From Octopus vulgaris (lineage: Eukaryota), in the NCBI GenBank assembly GCA_951406725.2, contig OX597828.1, positions 18,352,001 to 18,416,000 on the forward strand: a stretch of DNA of 64,000 nt. Reading direction: 5' to 3'. The translations under genes were made by a program, and so were the position numbers. The notes under the pieces are model-generated. The model was not told the DNA's origin and did not search any database. It was given only the letters and a program-made list of their open reading frames with translations. This document shows positions 41,553 through 56,199 of the stretch, piece after piece (positions within the stretch are counted from its first letter, which is position 1; each line of letters opens with the position of its first letter).

Positions 41553-44100
41553 GTTTTATATACATATATATATATATATATATATGTTCGTATATATATG
41601 TGTGTGTGTGTATAACGGGCTTCTTTCAGTTTCCTCTCTATCAAATCAATTCACATGACTTTCCTCGGACCAAACATATAGTCAGTAGAAGCCGTTTGAC
41701 CAAGGTGCCACGTAGTGGGACTGAAACCAGAACCATGTGGTTGGGAAGCAAACTTCTCACTACACACCTACGCCGGTGTCTATCTTGTATTCTCGTCCTT
41801 ATAATTGTTTTAAATTTCGGCAGAAGGTTATTGACTGAGGGGATTGGCCTATTGCAATGACTCTAGTATTTATTTTTATCAACTCTCAAAGGATAGAATA
41901 TTGAGTCGATCTCGACAGTATTCGAAATCAAATTGCAAAGAGCAAGAAGAAATGCCGCTAAAAACTTTTGTCCGACGCGCTAATGATTCTGCCAGCTGGC
42001 TGACTTCATCTCTGTCCATAAAATATCGGCTTCAAGTTTTGACACAATGACATTTTATCGACCCTGAAAGGGTGAAAATCAAAAGGTAAAAAAAAAAAAA
42101 ACGCCTGTGGATTTTGACCTCAGAACGAGGACCGGAATAAATACCTCAAGATATTTTTATCCGACGCGCTAACGATACTGCCAACTGGCAGCCTTACCCG
42201 TCTGTATAATATTCTAGGATAATAAACGTGCCAGTCTTTGACATGGCTCGAGAGTTCAGTTACAGATATAGTCCTTCTAATGTGTTCCTAACAGGCTTTC
42301 CTCTACCCAGTTTTATCAGCAAGGCCTGGGCTGACTTTATGCATGGGTAGAAGAGATTTATACAAGTTTGTTCCATGGGAAAATCGATTAAATACAACGC
42401 CACAAAAACATATATTTCATGAAACTCGGCTTTCATGTGACTAATCAATCCCTCTGGTATATGAACATGGATGGCGATATAAATATGCCACTCAAATCAT
42501 TGAAAAATATATCTGTTGACTGATTATAATTCATGCTTCGTGCATTTTATACGTTCTTGATAATTCTGCCGCCAAAATAACGAATGTCCAACCACTTATT
42601 ATCTTCGATTCAGTTCATTTTACTTGTCAGTTGAACTGTAAGCTTCACCTCATTAATGGAATTAGTCGTCTAAGCTATGACAAAAATGGCCAATTATTAT
42701 AACCCTAAAAATTAAGAGGAACAAGCACGAAAACGGAAACGTCATTCGGACGAACAAGCAAGGGGGGAGACAGAGATAGAAAGATAGATTGAGAGAGAGA
42801 GAGAGAGAGAGAGAATGTGTATATGTGTTTGCGTAAGAGGGGAAGAAATGAGCGAAATTAGGACAAATTTATACCCTAGAATATATCAATATATATTAAC
42901 ATGTATCAAAATGTCTATTTTATTCATACACTATGACATGCCTATATATGGGCACGTCGTTGTCATGTGATTTTAGTTACATAGCTACAAGATGTGCAAT
43001 AATAATGTCAACCTGCTCTCTACAGTAACCTGACTATCAATGGATTCTAGGAATAACAAATGAGAAATGAGTAGTTGTTGCGTCCATCCATATCTTCGTA
43101 GCCAGGCATTCAATAGAGATATTGATGGAATTGCATCGTTTCTCGGTGGCAAGTCACAAATTTTGAAAATTATATGTTTTACAATTAGGTTGGAAGGTAA
43201 ATTAGCTGAAATGAGAGAACATCGAAATAAATACATTACAATATTTATTCATTTATTACCCTGCGAGGTGTGCATTTATCTTTCTCCAGTCTGTAGTCGA
43301 TAACAAATATCACATCATTACCTCAGGCTTTCAGTCGATATCAACGATGACAGCTCATATTGGGAGTCTCACCTCGTATTATCGTTAGTGGACTGATATT
43401 CTATATGGCTTTTCTATCCTGGGTTACTATGAACACTTGTAGATATCAATGTTCTCTCTCCTCAAAGCAATCGTTTAACCACATCTTAGCTGAGGCACAT
43501 CCTGATTTATTGTACCACTATCCTACCGTGAAAGTCTGTGGACTGACAGGAATCGCTAATAAACGTGTCAAAAGGCTTAGTAGCATTTCTTCTGTTTTTT
43601 TACGTTTTGAAATTCAAATGCTATCGAAGTCAGTTTTGATTCCATCCTTCCGGGGTCATTGAAATATTTGAGTACTGGGATCCATGAAATTGGTTTATCT
43701 CTTCCGTTCCTCTTCAAAATTGGTGGTTTTGGAAGCTGCAACGAAGCAGCTTCTCGTTCAGCGAAAGATTGTGATCTCCGAAACTTATGAACGGCATAGC
43801 TCGCGAAAAGACTCTAGCTAGTAACAGAATTGTCTGTATTTTTCAGACACGTCCGTACCAGCACATGTTTCATTGTACCAATATACATTCCGCATTAGGA
43901 AATGTAGCCTTCTCTTTGATTAAGGTTTTCATGTTCCTGTCTTTTTTTTGGGGGGGGGGTGATATCGTCTGTCGCAGATATTTCTCGTTTGTTTCCCTCT
44001 TGGTCTGTTTGCTATGTAACGTCCAAGCATGCGACGCATAGGTGGTCGATAACAAATACAGTAATACTTTCAATCAACATTCAAAGCAGAATATGATCTG

Positions 44101-44337
44101 ATGGTATGTTGGCAATGACACAATTTCTGTGTCTTTGTGTTTTCAAAGAGGGGAGATAAACACATAAGGACACAGAAAATGTGTCATGGCCAACTGGAAA
44201 CGGTGCTTCCTAGGGCTAAATAACAGTAGCATTCTTCTCTTTCATGGGACTGCCACATTAAGTTGGCAACATACCATCACTTTATTGTGCTGCTGCTGTA
44301 TAAATCTCTCTGAGAGATTTAGAACTGTAATATTTCT
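44101..44337. mobile_element. Short insertion with inverted 5' segments and 13-bp TSD
   Basis: AGAATATGATCTG at 44088-44100 and 44338-44350. Related copy in the opposite orientation at ~12414-12590. Confidence 0.65.
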
Positions 44338-44389
44338 AGAATATGATCTGTATTGCAAACACCTGCTGTGTAGGTAGTCGATATAAAAA

Positions 44390-44720
44390 AAAAGGGGTAA
44401 AGACCTCCTTTGGTCACGAATGACCATGGGATTGAATCTAGAAAGTTCCCATCCGAGGCACAAGTTAAGACAAGGTCGTTTATGGAAGACCAACAGTCAC
44501 CCATGCACACCAGCCTCTCCTCTGCACGCAACTGATGTTATCCAAGGGAAAGGTCGATATAGCTTGGCGCCAGTGACATTGCAACTCATTTCTACCGGTG
44601 AGTGAACTGAAGCAACGTGAAATAAAGTGTCTTGCTCAAGAGGGCAACATACATCCCGGTTCGGGAATCGAACTCAGTACCTCATGATTGTGAGCCCGGC
44701 GTTCTAACAACTGGGCCATC
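44390..44720 (-). mobile_element. SINE family C-related head and core with a different tail (tail also at ~24985-25060)
   Basis: TGGCCCAGTTG..GTTCGATTCCCG head, CTTGAGCAAGACACTT core. Confidence 0.65.
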
Positions 44721-45101
44721 GATGTAAACGTTTCAAAATATATGTTATAGGGATTATATTTTAGTAAAATGCAAATATCCAAAGCAGTTTTCTACAGTTT
44801 TCACAATAACTGCACAGTTTTTTAAAAATAAAAATTTCTCGTGACTCTTAAAGAAATCTTAGTAATTTAATATTCTATCGCAAGTCGCCTCTCACGTGAC
44901 TAACTGTTTACAGAGCAGTCAGCTCTGGAATATATTTTACAGCCAAATATTCTTAAAGATTAGTCAGATGTTGCTTACATCACACATAGATGTTACTTGC
45001 GTCACAGATAGATTAAGGTCAGTAGCCGAAGTGTTGGAAAATTGTAATTTAGGACGACAGCTTAAGAAAGAGTTAAGAATAAGACGAAATTCTGGCGGAA
45101 A

Positions 45102-45480
45102 TCTCTCTATATATAAAGCTGAAGTTGTCTGTGTATGGCAGGTTTGGTAGCCTTCAACTAACACTGTCTTCTCCGAGACCCTGCGGTGCAAGTTGACCAA
45201 AATTGAGAGTATGATAGAAGAAGGCTTACTCTTCCTTCCGTAAAAGAAAAAAATCAAATCGGACCATGTTAACACTCAAAATTATTTACATCAAAAGGAT
45301 GCTTTTTTTATGAAAATCCCTATTTTTTACGTCACCATTTTTCGGTGTATTTCAACCAGAAAAATGTTCACTTAAAGAGAATAACAAGCTACATAATGCA
45401 AAAGTTTTACTTTTAAAAAATTCCAATTCTAAAGGGTCGAAAAGAAAACGAGCTCGAGCAAAGCCGGGCGATACTGCTAG
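45102..45480 (+). mobile_element. Non-autonomous Helitron-like element
   Basis: A|TC(TC)2TATATATAAAG start, subterminal hairpin GCTCG..CGGGC (45452-45469), CTAG|T end, no TSD. Confidence 0.72.
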
Positions 45481-46631
45481 TTTATCTAAAAACCATTGTG
45501 GTGATAGTTGCAGTTCTCTCCCATTTTATCATCATTTCTTGTTCGCTGGGTGTCTTTAACAGAATCCTCCATGTTAAAAGATTTGGGGTTCGATCTTCGG
45601 CTCGAAAATAACCTCTCTCATTCTTGAAAGGCGTGGAAAAAGGGTGTTTCATGTTACCCTTTCTGAGGGTTCCATTAACAAAATAATAAAAAAAACAGAA
45701 CAGAATAATCTCTTCTTTGACATTAATCCTTAAGATTTCCTCAACTAAAATATATCGCAAGGGTAAATGCTACATCGACTGTAGTAACAACGGCAAAAAA
45801 ATAGAACGTAATATAAGAACGAAATAAGAAACTTGCCCCATTTAATTTACCCTATTTTATCTTACCATGTCTCATTTATTTATTCATTTATCTTTTTTAT
45901 AAGTCTCAAGATAAACAATGAATCCATCTTAAAAGACAAAATAAAAATGTATTCTTGAAATGTTGCCAAAAGGAACAGCTTCTTCAAAAGCACAGAAGAC
46001 AATAGTGTCAATATGTTATTTTTAAAGAACAGCCTCCATAATTATAGAAATATCATTAGATTTTATTTTTATTTCATTTTATCATGTTTTCAAGGTTGAG
46101 CAGGCAGTGCGAATTCCAAGACAGCTGTTATATACAATTTTTTTCGATTTTTTTTTCTCGTTTTATTTTGTTTTATTTATTCTGATATTTTATTCTCAAT
46201 ATTTTCATTTATCTTCGTAAACTAAAAATATCAGACAATAGCCTCTCTTCAGTTGTACTGCTTTCATCTTAAGTGACCCAGCGCAAAAAAAAAGAGGAAA
46301 GAAAAGAAGAAAATACGATCGGTTTTTTTATTGTTTTTGTCTCTTTTTCCTTTTATTTTTATTTCTAATTTCAGATGTAAAACTATAATGATAAATAAAC
46401 TACTTCAGAATAGATTCTTTGTCTCTTTTCTTTTTAATATTTTTAACAATTACCAATGTGTGTGTTTGTGTGGGTGTGCATACAGACATACACACGCGCG
46501 CACACACACGCACGTATATATACATATTTAATGTATATACAGATATACGTTATATAAATATAAGTATGCATATGTATGTGTGTGTGTAAATAAGTATATA
46601 CATATATATCTATACTTATATATATATATAT

Positions 46632-46672
<41 letters not shown>

Positions 46673-46795
46673 TGTGTATGTATATATAAGTATGAGCGCG
46701 AACACATACACGTATATATATTAAGATTATACACATGCACACACACTCATATATAAATATGTATATAAATATATATATTTATATATGTATATATG

Positions 46796-46858
<63 letters not shown>

Positions 46859-47627
46859 GCGGAGGGCATATGTAGATATAGATGTATATGAAATCAATGT
46901 ACATTTCTCTACATATAGCCACACACACTCACGCACATACACACACGTACATACACACAAAAGAGCTAGTGTATGGGTGTGTGGATGTGTGATTATGCAT
47001 GAGAGAAAGAAGGAAAAGAGACAAAGAGAAGCAGAGAGAATGAGACAGAGAAAGAAAGAACTTTTACATTGATTCACAAAACGAATTTCTAGATTATAAT
47101 GTTTGATGTATAGAAAGCGAAAATAATTACTAAGAAACAAAACTAATTTACGATAAACAAACAAAGTATTATATAAATAAATAAATAAATAAATAGATAA
47201 ATAAATAAATAAATGAATAAATAATCAGTATGTTTAGAAAATGAATAAAAGTAGACGCAAAAATGAAATTAGAAATATAATTTAGACAACTTATTGGAAT
47301 TTCAAAGGCCCGAAGACACAAGTTTAAATCAAGCGATAGTAGAGTCATTTTATTTGTTTTTATTTCTACGTTGTTGTTCTTGTGTAATCTACTGCGGTTA
47401 AGGTAAGGTTATTGATGTTTACTGGGATTTCTATACCAGTTTACAAAGCCTAAAGCTGTTGCTTACATCGCTAGTTTTTTTCCTCTCTGTCTGCCTCGGA
47501 GTCTCTTGGGGTAAAATAAAACGCAAGGCATTATTATTATTATCATTGAGTGAAAGAGCAGTGCATATCATCAAAGTGAAACTGGGGTAAAATATACGAA
47601 GCCCAATATGCTCATCATGACTACCTA

Positions 47628-47695
<68 letters not shown>

Positions 47696-48192
47696 GAGTG
47701 AGAGAGCAGTGCATGCCATCAAAGTGACACTGGGGTAAATTATATGAAGCCCAGTATACCCATCATGACTACCCGTCTGATAAAAGTACACCAGGCACAT
47801 GCATCACAACCATATGCGCGCAACATGGTGATCTAATACCAAGATAAACAGCGCATGATCTTGCAGGTGAAGCCCAGTTATAATTTACTTCTTGTCGAGT
47901 AACCCATCCCGCTCAAAAGCTCCCTGAATAAGGATTGTTTAAGGATGTTGAAAGAACCACCCATGTTTCCAGAGGTGAATTATTCAAACTCCAAATAATC
48001 CCTCTCGACACATGGCTATGATGCTCCCCCACTACTTATGCTCGTGATCAGAGATGCACATACCGTCAGGTACTAAAGGACATGCTCAACTGGTTAAGGT
48101 CAAACAACTGACAAGCAAATCTGTGGTATTGAGCAGAATATTTGCTGTAGCCCCTCTTTTATACCAAGACAAAACAATGTACATGATAACAC
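47696..48192 (-). mobile_element. Family D copy
   Basis: High similarity to 51305-51830, with TTA tracts on both sides. Confidence 0.8.
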
Positions 48193-48374
48193 TATTATTA
48201 TTATTAATATTATTATTATTCAAATTCAGCCGAGATCGACTTTGCCTTTCATCCTTTCGGGGTCAATAAATGAAGTAGCAGTTGCATACTGAGATCGATC
48301 TAATCGACTGTACCTCCTCCCCTTAAATTTCATGATTTGTGCCTATTGTAGAAACTATTATTATTATTATTACA

Positions 48375-48502
<128 letters not shown>

Positions 48503-48510
48503 TATTATTA

Positions 48511-48556
<46 letters not shown>

Positions 48557-48772
48557 AGGCGGCGAGGTGGCAGAATCGTTAGCGCGCTGGACGAAACGTT
48601 TAGCGATATTTCGCACGTTGGTACGTTCTGAGTTCAAATTCCGTCGAGGTTGACTTTGATTCCATCCTTTCGAGGTCGATAAAATAAGTAACAATTAAAC
48701 ACTGATGTCGAGATAATCGACTCATCCCCTCCCTCAAAACTGCTGCCCTTGTGGAAAATTTTGAAACCAATA

Positions 48773-48827
<55 letters not shown>

Positions 48828-48879
48828 CATTATTATTACTATTATTATCATCATCATCATCATCATCATCATCCTCATC

Positions 48880-49740
48880 TTCTATGGTTAGTCTTTACGG
48901 GAAAATCCCACAAGATCTTGTAATTTTCATTTTCCATTACAGCCTCTGCTTCGTGTTCTTGCCACTTTTCTCTTGTTTCGAAGCCACACACAGCTAACAT
49001 CCCCATGCAATCTTCTGACCAGACAGTCAGCGTTTATATGCCTTTTTTGCTAGTATACTGCACTCGCTAAAAACGTGGATAATACTTTCGTCCCTTTTCC
49101 TGTAGATTCTACATTTGCTATCTGACTTAGTTTGGTCTATCTTTGCTTTATCAGGTTTATCCTAAGAGCTTGTTCTTAAACTGCTACAATTAGCTTTTCT
49201 GTCTCTCGTTTCAAATTCCCGTCCGTCAACGAGAGCAAGTGATCTTCACTTCGAATTGGCCATGTAGTTCCATTTCTTTCAGTTACTTGCTGGACTGTTC
49301 CACCTTTTCATTTTCATTTCTCCAACAGCTTCGGTTACTTTATCGGTATTTCGGACTGCCGATAGTTTTCTTGCTTTACTCTGCACAACATAAATTTTCA
49401 GGCCCAGTAACGCAATATACTCCAGGGTCTTCTACATTTTGCAATCCTCTGCCACTTTTCTTTCTTGGTAGGCAGAATCGGTCAGTATCATTTTTAGGGT
49501 GGATCGAGTTGTGCATCGTGAGCAGCTTTCTAGTTCTTCTACCCAAATTCTGTAGCTCAACATTTGTCCATTTTAGAAAGAGAGCAGAGTAACTCAATAC
49601 GGGCAGGGTCCATGTATTGATAGTTAAAATGACGTTTCTTTCATTTAGTTTCGTTTTGAGATATTCTTCTATGTCCAAATTTTAAACATTATTCTACGGT
49701 ATCCTATTTTGTAAGGCTAGCTTCCGTAATAGCATTCCAT
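48880..49740 (-). mobile_element. Old Dong/R4 internal fragment, divergent lineage
   Basis: TINTWTLPVLSYS..RRTRKLLTMHNSIHPKNDTDRFCLPRKKSGRGL, then LKRETEKLI and ENENYKILWDF after frameshifts. Confidence 0.8.
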
Positions 49741-50030
49741 TGCAGTTCTCTCGTTTCGATTCAATTTTATCCTAGCCTTTGTATAACAACCAGGTCCACC
49801 CGGCTGCACAATCGGTCACTTATCGTGCAAGCGACCATAGCGGTGTTTTCACCAATTTTAAATTCAATGTTTAAATTCAACAGAGATCGATTTTGCCTGT
49901 CATCCTTTTGGAGTCGATAAAATAAAGCACCAGTACTACAGCTCTCCACCAAATTTGAGGCCTTGTGACTATTCGAAGTCATTGTGTCATCCATATTCCT
50001 TACAAGAGAAAGAGAACACATGCATTTACG

Positions 50031-50128
<98 letters not shown>

Positions 50129-50220
50129 ACGGGATTCTTGAGTTTCCGTCTACCAAATTCACTCACAAGGCTTTGGTCGGCCCGAGGCCATAGTAGAAGA
50201 CACTTACCCAAAGTGTCACG

Positions 50221-50251
<31 letters not shown>

Positions 50252-51190
50252 GTATGCGTGCATGCATGTGTGTGTGTGTGTAAGTACAGGACGTACACAG
50301 CGGAAGAAAAACCTCAAAACATTATTTCTGACGCTCAAACGATTCTGCCAGCTCACCAACAATGGATTCCGATATTAGCACAAGGTCGAAGCATTTCGGT
50401 AAAGGAAGAGTATAAAGACTTAAAGTAACCCCAGGACTTGATTGGCAGTATATTAAGTCCCCTCTTCAAGGATAATAATCAAACTTAATCCCACCTAGAT
50501 TTGAAGTTAATTTGTTAAAGGCCACGATGAAATACTTGAATGCGTTTAATGTTTCTTTCCGTTTTGTAGCAATAATAATGGTTTCACATTTTAGTACAAG
50601 GCCAATATTTACAAGAGGAGAATGCAGGTCGGTTACAGCGACCCCAGTACTCGACTGCTACTTTATTTTATCAATCCCCCACCACCACCACCACCACCAG
50701 AAGAATGAAAACTAAAGCTTACAAAGCTGGAATTCGTTCTCAGAATATAAGGATACGGAAGAAATGCGCTAAGCATTTTTTTTCGACACGCGAAATAATA
50801 ATTCAGCGAAATCACTGTGGTCTTTCTAATTTTGACACAAGGCCAGCAATCTTTAGGAGAATGTGTAAGTCGGTTGGTTTTGAACTCTGGATGTAAAGAA
50901 TCGAAAGACATGCCGTTATGCATTTTTTCGGCTCACTGACCGAATAATAATAAGAAGAAGAAGAATAAGAATAATAATCGCTTCTATTATAAGCACAAGG
51001 CCTAAAATTTGGGGGCGGGAGTAGTCGATAACATCGACCCCAGTATTCAACTAGTATTTATTTTGTCGACCCCAAAATGATGAATTGCATAGTCGACCCC
51101 GGTGGAGTTTGAACTCAGAACGTAAGGACGGACGAAATGCCGCTAAGTATTTTGGTCCGGTGCGCTAACAATTCTGCCAGGTTACCGCCT

Positions 51191-51222
<32 letters not shown>

Positions 51223-51224
51223 TA

Positions 51225-51304
<80 letters not shown>

Positions 51305-51306
<2 letters not shown>

Positions 51307-51830
51307 TCGTGGCTTCTGATCTTAACTGATTGGAATTGTTATCATGTACATTGTTATGTCTTGGTATAAAAGATGTGCTACAGCAAATATTCTGCTTAAT
51401 ACCACAGATTTGCTTGTCAGTTGTTTGACCATAACCAGTTGAGCATGTTCTTTAGTACCTGACGATATGTGCATCTCTGATCACGAGCATAAGTAGTGGG
51501 GGAGAATCATAGCCATGTGTTGAGATGGATTCTTTGGGGTTTGAATAATTCACATCTGGAAACATTGGTGTTTTTTTCAACATCCTTAAACAATCCTTAT
51601 TCAGAGACCTTTTGAGCGGAATGGGTTACTCGACCAGAAGAAAATTCTAACTGGGCCCCACCTGCAAGGTCATGCGCTGTTTATCTTGATATGAGATCAC
51701 CATGTCGCGCACATAATGGTTGTGATGCATGTGCCTAGTGTACCCTTATCAGACGGGTAGTCATGATGTGTATACTGGGCTTCGTATAACCCTAGTGTTA
51801 CTTTGATAGCATGCTCTGCTCTCTCATTCA
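51305..51830 (+). mobile_element. ~520-bp (TAA)n-tailed repeat (family D)
   Basis: Ends ...CTGCTCTCTCATTC(AAT)n. Copies at 47696-48192(-), 58672-59205(-), 47546-47628(-), partial 27340-27500. Confidence 0.8.
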
Positions 51831-51859
51831 ATAATAATAATAATTATTATTATTATTAT

Positions 51860-51909
<50 letters not shown>

Positions 51910-52180
51910 TAATAATAATAATATTCTTTTCACTAAAGGCACAAGGCCCGAAATATTGGGGGAGGGGACCAGTCGATTAGATCGACCCCACTATGCAACT
52001 GGTACTTAATTTATCGACCGCGAAAGATTGAAAAGCAAAGTCGACCACGGTGGAATTTGAACTCAGAACGTAAAGTCGGACCAAATGGCGCTAAGCATTT
52101 TGTTCGCCATAGTAGCGACCCAGCAGGCTCGCCCACCGAATATCAAATATTTATAATAACTAACAGTAATAATAATGATG

Positions 52181-52250
<70 letters not shown>

Positions 52251-52798
52251 TGATGATGATGATGATGATGATAATAATAATAATAACCAAAAGTACTGAA
52301 GTGCTGTTGTACATAGGCAGAGGAGGAATATGTTTAAGAGAGTCATTAACATCTTTCGGAGCATAACTTTAACATAATGTCTGATCAAAAGAAGTCTGTA
52401 TTTATATAAGTCGTACATTTCTGAATCATTTATGGTTATTTCCAGCTCTCATTTTTATAGTTATCAGAAACGAGACGATTTGTTGCTGTACTGATGCGAG
52501 AAACTAATGATAAGAAAGGTTCCGGCTGTAACTATCACTTTATTTTTATGCGTATGTAGGACAATAATAGCTAATGTGTCTTTTCCGTGTTTAAAACGTA
52601 AGGCTATGGCTTGAAGGGGGTTTTGGTTACTGATTCTAGCAAGCGGGTTACTTTTTGCAGCGCATCATGTTACACAAGCACACACATACATACACACACA
52701 CATTTATGTAAGGGAAAGAGTAAATTCTATGAAATCTGGTGGACATTATTTACATTATTTATATTCGACGGATATTTGTCCTCATCTTGTTTGTTGAT

Positions 52799-52843
52799 AA
52801 TACAACGTTTCGGCTTATATACTCTCCAACTTCTTCAGGTGTC
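52799..52843 (-). ncRNA. Third copy of the minimal hammerhead (weakened stem II)
   Basis: GACAC-CUGAAGA-AGUUGG..AAGCC-GAAACGUU-GUAUU. Confidence 0.55.
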
Positions 52844-52891
52844 TTGGGGGAAATTTCGAACCTGGGTTGTCATTTCTAAGGTATTTTTCGA

Positions 52892-53004
<113 letters not shown>

Positions 53005-53010
53005 GCCCAT

Positions 53011-53083
53011 GGGCATATGGCGTAGTGGTTAAGAGCGCGGGCTAGTAACCTCAAGATTCCGAGTTCGATTCCAAGCAGTGACA

Positions 53084-53085
<2 letters not shown>
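53011..53085 (+). mobile_element. tRNA-like Pol III head followed by (AAT)n
   Basis: A box TGGCGTAGTGG, loop CTAGTAA, B box GTTCGATTCC. No paired 3' acceptor strand. Starts in the 18-bp palindrome 53001-53018. Confidence 0.7.
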
Positions 53086-53160
<75 letters not shown>

Positions 53161-54456
53161 CCTTTGTACTAAAGGCACAAGGCTCTAAATTTTGGGGTAA
53201 CGGGCCAGTCGATTAGATCGATCCCACTATGCAACTGGTACTTAATTTATCGACCGCGAAAGGTTGAAAGGCAAAATCGACCATGGTGGACTTTGAACTC
53301 AGGACGTGAAGACGGACCAAATCGTGGTCGATAAGATAAGTACAGTTGAGTACTAGGATCAATGTAATCGACTTAACTCTTTCCCTGTATTTACTGGCTT
53401 TGTACCAAAACTGTTGAACCATTATTATTAAGGCGGCGAGCTGGCAGAATCGTTAGCACGCTGGGGGAAATGATTAGCGTCGTTCGTCCGTCTTTATGTT
53501 CTGAGTTCAAATTCCACCGTGGTCGACTTTGCTTTCATCCTTTCAGGGTCGATAAATTAAGTACCAATTGAGCGCTGGGATTGATATAATCAATTATATA
53601 TAATGTTTCTCCCTATCTCGTTCTCTGTTACTTTCTCTATTTATGTAGATCTCTGTAAGGCTATGCACGTGCGTGTGTGCGTGTTTGTGCTTCTAGTGCC
53701 AAAACGTGCTCTCGCCAAAACAGGTTGAATATCCGATCAAACGTGCCAAATAGATAGAGTACAAAGAACCACATCCAATCATTAAAATAATCTCCCTACA
53801 ACTGATCAGATAATTGGTAGACTCATCGCTGCCGAAACCGACGGACGACCATTTACGTTTCATTTACTTTCACTATTATGATCCGTAGTGTAGGTTGAAT
53901 AAAACAGAGCTTACTACAATTGCAGTACTTGAATACAATGGAGCCATATTCTTATGTAGTCGAAGTGTTCCTAACGTATGTGACGACAACCACACATAAT
54001 ACGGAGATAATATATCGTATGTAAATATTATAAATTCATATGTAAGTGCATTAAATATGTAGGCGTGAATTCAAAAGATATATAGTATAGGTACGTACGG
54101 CAGATATCGGTACTTGGTAGTACTATTGTTGTTATTATTATTATTGGTGTTGTTGTTGTTGCTCCTATTACTACTGTTATTGTTATTCAGGTATATTTGT
54201 AAACACTGAGATAAGGTATGCGTAAACGGCATAACTTGTCACATTATATGCGGTATTTACGACAGCGTGTTATAGCGAATCGTTATATATATAAATATAT
54301 ACATACATACATACATACATACATACATACATACATAAATACATATATATATACACATACAGAGAGAGAGAAAGAAAGAAAGAAAGACAAACAGGCAGAT
54401 AGGCAGATCAAATTATATACATACATGTATACATACATACATATATACATACATGT

Positions 54457-54500
<44 letters not shown>

Positions 54501-54525
54501 GCACATATATGTGTATGAAAGTGTG

Positions 54526-54574
<49 letters not shown>

Positions 54575-54582
54575 ATATATGT

Positions 54583-54614
<32 letters not shown>

Positions 54615-54624
54615 CCATATATGT

Positions 54625-54709
<85 letters not shown>

Positions 54710-54849
54710 CATACATATGTGGGTGGCTCATTTGCAGAGACGTTAGAGCGCTGGATAGAATGCCTAGTGGTATGTCTTCTCCATCTCAGTACCGTAGGTT
54801 CAATTCTCGCCGGAGTCAAGTTTGCATTTGATTCTTCTCAGACTCCATA

Positions 54850-55782
54850 AACAAGGCACCTTTCTATCATATCCTGTCTCTCTCTTTTCCTTCCCTCTGT
54901 ATTTTTTCCGGCCCAAAATAACGCCGCGGGGGCAAAATCGTTTGGGTGGAAGGTGATTCCACCTTTCCTGCACATGCACGAAAATTTTTGCGCCGGAAGG
55001 CCGCTTCAGTTTCCGTCTGGTGTGCCTTGAGTACAGACATGTACTGCATGCTCGTTTGAGTTTCATTTTCATGCAGATGACCCAACACATCAAGCAAATA
55101 CCCTAAACCCATGTCTCATCAGAAGTGATACTTGTCTTCATGAGATTGTGGTTTGCGCAGTCCAGCATGTCCTGAGCGATTTCCAAGCGGGGTTCCTTTT
55201 GCTGCTCCGCCAGTACCCTGGGGACGAATTTCGCCGACACTCTTCGCATGCACAAATCCTCTGCTAAAATTTAATGCGCTAATCCTGTTCTTGTTCCCAC
55301 ATCGTGAGCAATTTTTTGGATTGTTACACGACAGTCTTCTACGAGCATCCGTTGAACCTTCTCAATCGGTTCCTCCTTACGACTTGTCGCTGGCTTCTCT
55401 GAACGTGCCTCGCTCAACACTAAGGTGCGGCTATGTTTGAAGCGGTTGTACCACTCCTTCATCTGTGTTTTGCTCGTGACATCATCGCCAAAGAACTGCT
55501 GAGTTTTTCTGGATGGTGCCAGTTGGAGTATCACTAAGTTCTTGACAAGATTTGATGAAATATCTCTGCTCGTTCGGTGAAAACAAAAATCCAAACGCGA
55601 ACACTACATGCCTGTACCTTAGGCGCAACCACTGGGAATTACCGCGGTCTATCGGCATGAATATTTTCGCACGTGCGCAGGAACGATGACGCTATCTTCC
55701 ATCCAAAGGAGTTTGCTCATGCGACATTAGTTTTGTCGAAAACACAAAAAACAAAGTTGGATACGTTTCGAACGCACCTTGT
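54850..55782 (-). mobile_element. Non-autonomous mariner-like element with ~200-bp imperfect inverted ends
   Basis: Mariner-type end TACAAGGTGCGTTCGAAACGTATCC. HTH remnant FGDDVTSKTQMKEWYNRFK..RSEKPATS. 54850-55070 is similar to the reverse complement of 55580-55782. Confidence 0.72.
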
Positions 55783-55886
55783 ACATGTATAGCTTGCATA
55801 TGTATGTATATACGTATGTATGTATGTATGGATGGATGGATGGATGGATGGACATGTGTATCAATAAATATTATATACATTTAGAG

Positions 55887-56199
55887 CAGGGGTCAGGAAA
55901 CTTTTTTAACCAATTACCCCCAAAACACATTTATTTACGCCGACGTTACCCCCTTGATTTGAAAGGAAGAAAAGCATAGATTCTTTGAATTCAAAATGTT
56001 TATTGAATCTATTTAAATGAGTCTAATTCAATATTCATTACATTGGACAGATGCAGTGACGCCAGAAGAAAAAATGTTTTTCGTAACAAGGAACATGTTT
56101 TCAAGTAATTTTACTTACGTCTAATGAGTCCTCATTACCCCCAAGAATTTCATATTTTTACCCCACTTGGGGTAATTTACGCCAGTTCACCGGCCCCTG
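55887..56199. mobile_element. hAT (Charlie-type) MITE
   Basis: TIRs CAGGGGTCAGGAAAC / GTTCACCGGCCCCTG. 8-bp TSD ATTTAGAG / ATCTAGAG fits the NTCTAGAN target. Confidence 0.8.
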
